32,000 nucleotides of DNA, taken from Propionibacterium freudenreichii subsp. freudenreichii (lineage in GTDB: Bacteria > Actinomycetota > Actinomycetes > Propionibacteriales > Propionibacteriaceae). Location: contig NZ_CP010341.1 in assembly GCF_000940845.1 (NCBI RefSeq), positions 660,001-692,000 of the forward strand, in the 5' to 3' direction. Below the pieces are notes generated by a model. It was given only the letters and a program-made list of their open reading frames with translations, searched no databases and was not told the origin of the DNA. Below, one piece after another: positions 29,072-32,000 of this stretch (the first letter of the stretch is position 1; the number at the start of each line of letters is the position of its first letter). Both the position numbers and the translations under genes were made by a program.

Positions 29072-29140
29072 CCGGACCAGCTAGCCGGACGCGACCGGAC
29101 CAGACGGCCGGACGCCGGCCCACACACATCAGGACCAGCA

Positions 29141-29186
29141 GAGACGGGAGGGGCCGACAGCGTGAGCTGTCGGCCCCTCCCGTCTC
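29141..29186. terminator. Perfect 21-bp hairpin between convergent glmM and coaA (bidirectional terminator candidate)
   Basis: GAGACGGGAGGGGCCGACAGC-GTGA-GCTGTCGGCCCCTCCCGTCTC. Confidence 0.6.
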
Positions 29187-29209
29187 GTGCTTGCCGAGTG
29201 CGGAGCGCC

Positions 29210-30292
29210 TCAGATCTTGCGGATGCGCACGCTCTCGATGCGATGATCCGAGCCCTTGCGCAGGATGGCGGTGGCCCGTGGCTTGGTGGGGGCGATGTTG
29301 TCGCGCAGGTTCGGCCCGTTGATCGCCTCCCAGACCTTCCTCGCCTCGGAGCGGTATTCCTCGTCGCTGAGCCCGGCATAGGTCTTGAAGAAGCTGTCCG
29401 GGTCGTCGGCGCTGGCCCGGAAGGCCACGGCACGCTCGACGAACCAGCGTTCGATGTCGGCCTCGTCGGCGTCGACGAAGACCGAGAAGTCCATGAAGTC
29501 GCCGACGGTCAGGCCGGTGTGCCCGTCGGGGCCCACCACTGCGGGCTGCAGCACATTGAGGCCCTCGAGGATCACGATGTCGGGGTTGTGGATGCGGTTC
29601 AGCTCTCCGGGAACGATGTCATAGAGCACCTGCGAGTAGACCGGCACCGACAGGTCGGGGCAGCCCGACTTCACGTCCACCACGAACTTGAGCAGGGCAC
29701 GGCGGTCATAGCTCTCGGGGAAGCCCTTGCGGGCCAGCAGGCCGAGGCGCTCCAGCTCGGCGGTGGGGTACAGGAAGCCATCGGTGGGCACCAGCGCCAC
29801 ATTGGGGTGGGCGGCGTCGCGCGACAACAGCTCCTGCAGCAGGCGAGCGGCGGTCGACTTGCCCACGGCCACCGAGCCGGCCACGCCGACAATCAACGGC
29901 GTGCGCTCGGCGTCGAGCTGCAGGAAGTCGTTCTGGGCGGAGAACAACCGGCCACGGTTCTTCAGCCGCAACGAGATCAGCTGGGCCAGCGGCAGGTAGA
30001 CCTCTTCGACGTCACGCTCGTCGGTCGGGTCCTGGCGGCTGCGCAGCCGCTCGACGGTCGCCTGGTCCAGCGCGATATGTGAGTCATGGGCCAACTGCGA
30101 CCACTTCGCACGCGGCAGCTCGATCCACGGGCTGTCGGGCGTCGTGCCCTGCGAGGGCGACGCCGTGACATCGGGTTCGTCGACCCCCCGGGCGGCAAGC
30201 GCCTTGGCCAGGGCCTGCTCATGGGCCGTTGCATAGGCGGCGCGGAAGGGACTTCCGGACGCGGCGCCGGGGGCACCGTCAGGATTGCTCAT
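29210..30292 (-). CDS. coaA: Type I pantothenate kinase with about 50-aa N-terminal extension, 360 aa
   Basis: P-loop GVAGSVAVGKST, SPWIELPRAKWSQL and IVILEGLNVLQ are typical of CoaA. The ATG 30292 start has no nearby RBS, so it is uncertain. Confidence 0.88.
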   Translation of the reverse strand: MSNPDGAPGAASGSPFRAAYATAHEQALAKALAARGVDEPDVTASPSQGTTPDSPWIELPRAKWSQLAHDSHIALDQATVERLRSRQDPTDERDVEEVYLPLAQLISLRLKNRGRLFSAQNDFLQLDAERTPLIVGVAGSVAVGKSTAARLLQELLSRDAAHPNVALVPTDGFLYPTAELERLGLLARKGFPESYDRRALLKFVVDVKSGCPDLSVPVYSQVLYDIVPGELNRIHNPDIVILEGLNVLQPAVVGPDGHTGLTVGDFMDFSVFVDADEADIERWFVERAVAFRASADDPDSFFKTYAGLSDEEYRSEARKVWEAINGPNLRDNIAPTKPRATAILRKGSDHRIESVRIRKI

Positions 30293-30446
30293 GGGATCCC
30301 CGAGGGGGTCACCTCCTAGGTTGGCTTCCGCCTGACCGGGTCAATCATGCCCGTCCGCGGCAACACCGCGCACATCCACCCCCCGCCGGCGCCTGCCCAC
30401 GCGTGCCGTGACCCAAGGAATTGAGTGAGTCCGTACTCTTATGGGC

Positions 30447-32000
30447 ATGTGCGGAATCATCGGCTATATCGGGCCTGAGCAGGCTACCGGAGTGATCCTC
30501 GACGGACTGCGGCGACTGGAGTACCGCGGATACGATTCGGCCGGCATCGCCGTGCAGGACAACGGGCGGCTCGAATATCGCAAGAAGGCCGGCAAGCTGG
30601 CCAACCTCGATGCGGAGCTCGCGGAGCGTCCACTGCCCGAATCACACGCCGGTATCGGACACACCCGGTGGGCCACCCACGGCGTTCCCAACGACGCCAA
30701 TGCCCATCCCCAGCTGTCGAATGACGGTCGGGTGGCCGTGGTGCACAACGGCATCATCGAGAACTTCGCCACACTGCGCGCCGAGTTGGGTGCCGAGGGC
30801 GTCGAGTTCACCTCCGATACCGACACCGAGGTGGCGGCCGCCCTGCTGGGCAGGGCCGTCAACCGGGGCAACGACCTCACCGTGGCGATGCGCGAGGTCT
30901 CCAAGCAACTGCACGGTGCCTTCACGCTGGTGGCCATCGACTCGCAGGAACCCGATGTGATCGTGGCCGCACGACGCAACTCACCGCTGGTGGTCGGCGT
31001 CGGGCAGGGCGAGAACTTCGTCGCTTCGGACGTCGCGGCGTTCATCGACCACACCCGCGAGGCCATCGAGCTGGGCCAGGACCAGGTGGTGACCATCACC
31101 GCCAACGACATCACCGTGACCGACTTCGACGGCGGCCCGGCCGAGACCCGCGCCTATCACGTCGATTGGGACACCACCGCAGCCGAGAAGGATGGCTACG
31201 ACTGGTTCATGCGCAAGGAGATCTTCGAGCAGCCGAAGGCCATCTCCGACACCCTGCTGGGACGCTATTCGCCCCAGGGTGAGCTCACGCTCGACGAGAT
31301 CCACATCAGCCCCGAGACGCTGCGTCGGGTGAACAAGATCATCATCCTGGGCTGTGGCACCGCCCACTACGCGGGCATGGTGGCCAAGTACGCCATCGAG
31401 CACTGGGTGCGCATCCCCTGTGAGGTGGAGCTCGCCAGCGAATTCCGCTATCGCGATCCGATCGTCGATTCGCAGACCTTGTGCGTGGCGATCAGCCAGT
31501 CGGGCGAGACGGCCGACACCCTGCAGGCGATCCGCCACGCCCGCGAACAGGGCGCCAAGGTGATCGCCATCTGCAACACCAACGGCTCCACGATTCCGCG
31601 CGAATCCGATGCCGTGATCTACACCTACGCCGGCCCCGAGATCGGGGTGGCGTCCACCAAGGGCTTCACCACCCAGCTGATCGCCTGCTACCTGCTCGGG
31701 CTCTACCTCGCACAGGTGCGCGGCATGAAGTTCGGCGACGAGATCCGCACGATCATGGACGAGCTCGAGGCCATGCCGGCCAAGATGCAGTCCGTGCTCG
31801 ACCATGCCGACCAGATCTACACGCTGGCCAAGGGCATGGAGGACGAGGAGGACTTCATCTTCATCGGACGCCATGTTGGCTATCCGATCGCCCTGGAGGG
31901 CGCGCTGAAGCTCAAGGAGATCGCCTACCTGCACGCCGAGGGCTTTGCCGCCGGCGAGCTGAAGCACGGACCCATTGCGATCATCAACCCGGGCATGCCG
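30447..32000 (+). CDS. glmS: Glutamine--fructose-6-phosphate aminotransferase, N-terminal 518 codons (continues past the window end)
   Basis: No stop in the window, so it is absent from the ORF track. MCGIIGY carries the N-terminal Cys nucleophile, so ATG 30447 was chosen over the in-frame ATG 30441. RWATHG, and the SIS motif SQSGETADT. Confidence 0.95.
   Translation, partial: MCGIIGYIGPEQATGVILDGLRRLEYRGYDSAGIAVQDNGRLEYRKKAGKLANLDAELAERPLPESHAGIGHTRWATHGVPNDANAHPQLSNDGRVAVVHNGIIENFATLRAELGAEGVEFTSDTDTEVAAALLGRAVNRGNDLTVAMREVSKQLHGAFTLVAIDSQEPDVIVAARRNSPLVVGVGQGENFVASDVAAFIDHTREAIELGQDQVVTITANDITVTDFDGGPAETRAYHVDWDTTAAEKDGYDWFMRKEIFEQPKAISDTLLGRYSPQGELTLDEIHISPETLRRVNKIIILGCGTAHYAGMVAKYAIEHWVRIPCEVELASEFRYRDPIVDSQTLCVAISQSGETADTLQAIRHAREQGAKVIAICNTNGSTIPRESDAVIYTYAGPEIGVASTKGFTTQLIACYLLGLYLAQVRGMKFGDEIRTIMDELEAMPAKMQSVLDHADQIYTLAKGMEDEEDFIFIGRHVGYPIALEGALKLKEIAYLHAEGFAAGELKHGPIAIINPGMP

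Overview
High-GC actinobacterial chromosome segment, probably Propionibacteriaceae. From memory, the SodA protein matches the cambialistic Fe/Mn superoxide dismutase of Propionibacterium freudenreichii subsp. shermanii; this needs a BLAST check. The backbone is housekeeping: secY-adk-map, infA-rpmJ-rpsM-rpsK-rpsD-rpoA-rplQ, then rplM-rpsI-glmM, coaA and the 5' part of glmS. Three things stand out. (1) An intact 1479-bp IS66-family element with perfect 8-bp target-site duplications sits in the divergent control region between a peptide ABC permease gene and secY. (2) The block between rplQ and rplM (about 10.5-26.4 kb) carries a GT4 glycosyltransferase, an RpfB-like resuscitation-promoting factor, sodA, a two-gene ABC exporter, an RsmC-like methyltransferase, an inverted truA-trmB pair, yccF and an EF-G paralogue. 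(3) The most interesting locus is a by-eye cobalamin riboswitch (aptamer core 21005-21092, minus strand). It precedes an operon for a Cys-rich lipoprotein and a dedicated ECF transporter (T, fused A-A', S). The leader contains an unusual 2 x 29-nt tandem hairpin repeat next to the start codon. I propose this as a B12-regulated corrinoid or cobalt uptake system with an uncharacterised surface component. No tRNA, rRNA or CRISPR was seen. Many long ORFs in the track are antisense shadows typical of high-GC DNA, and several real genes needed their starts trimmed.
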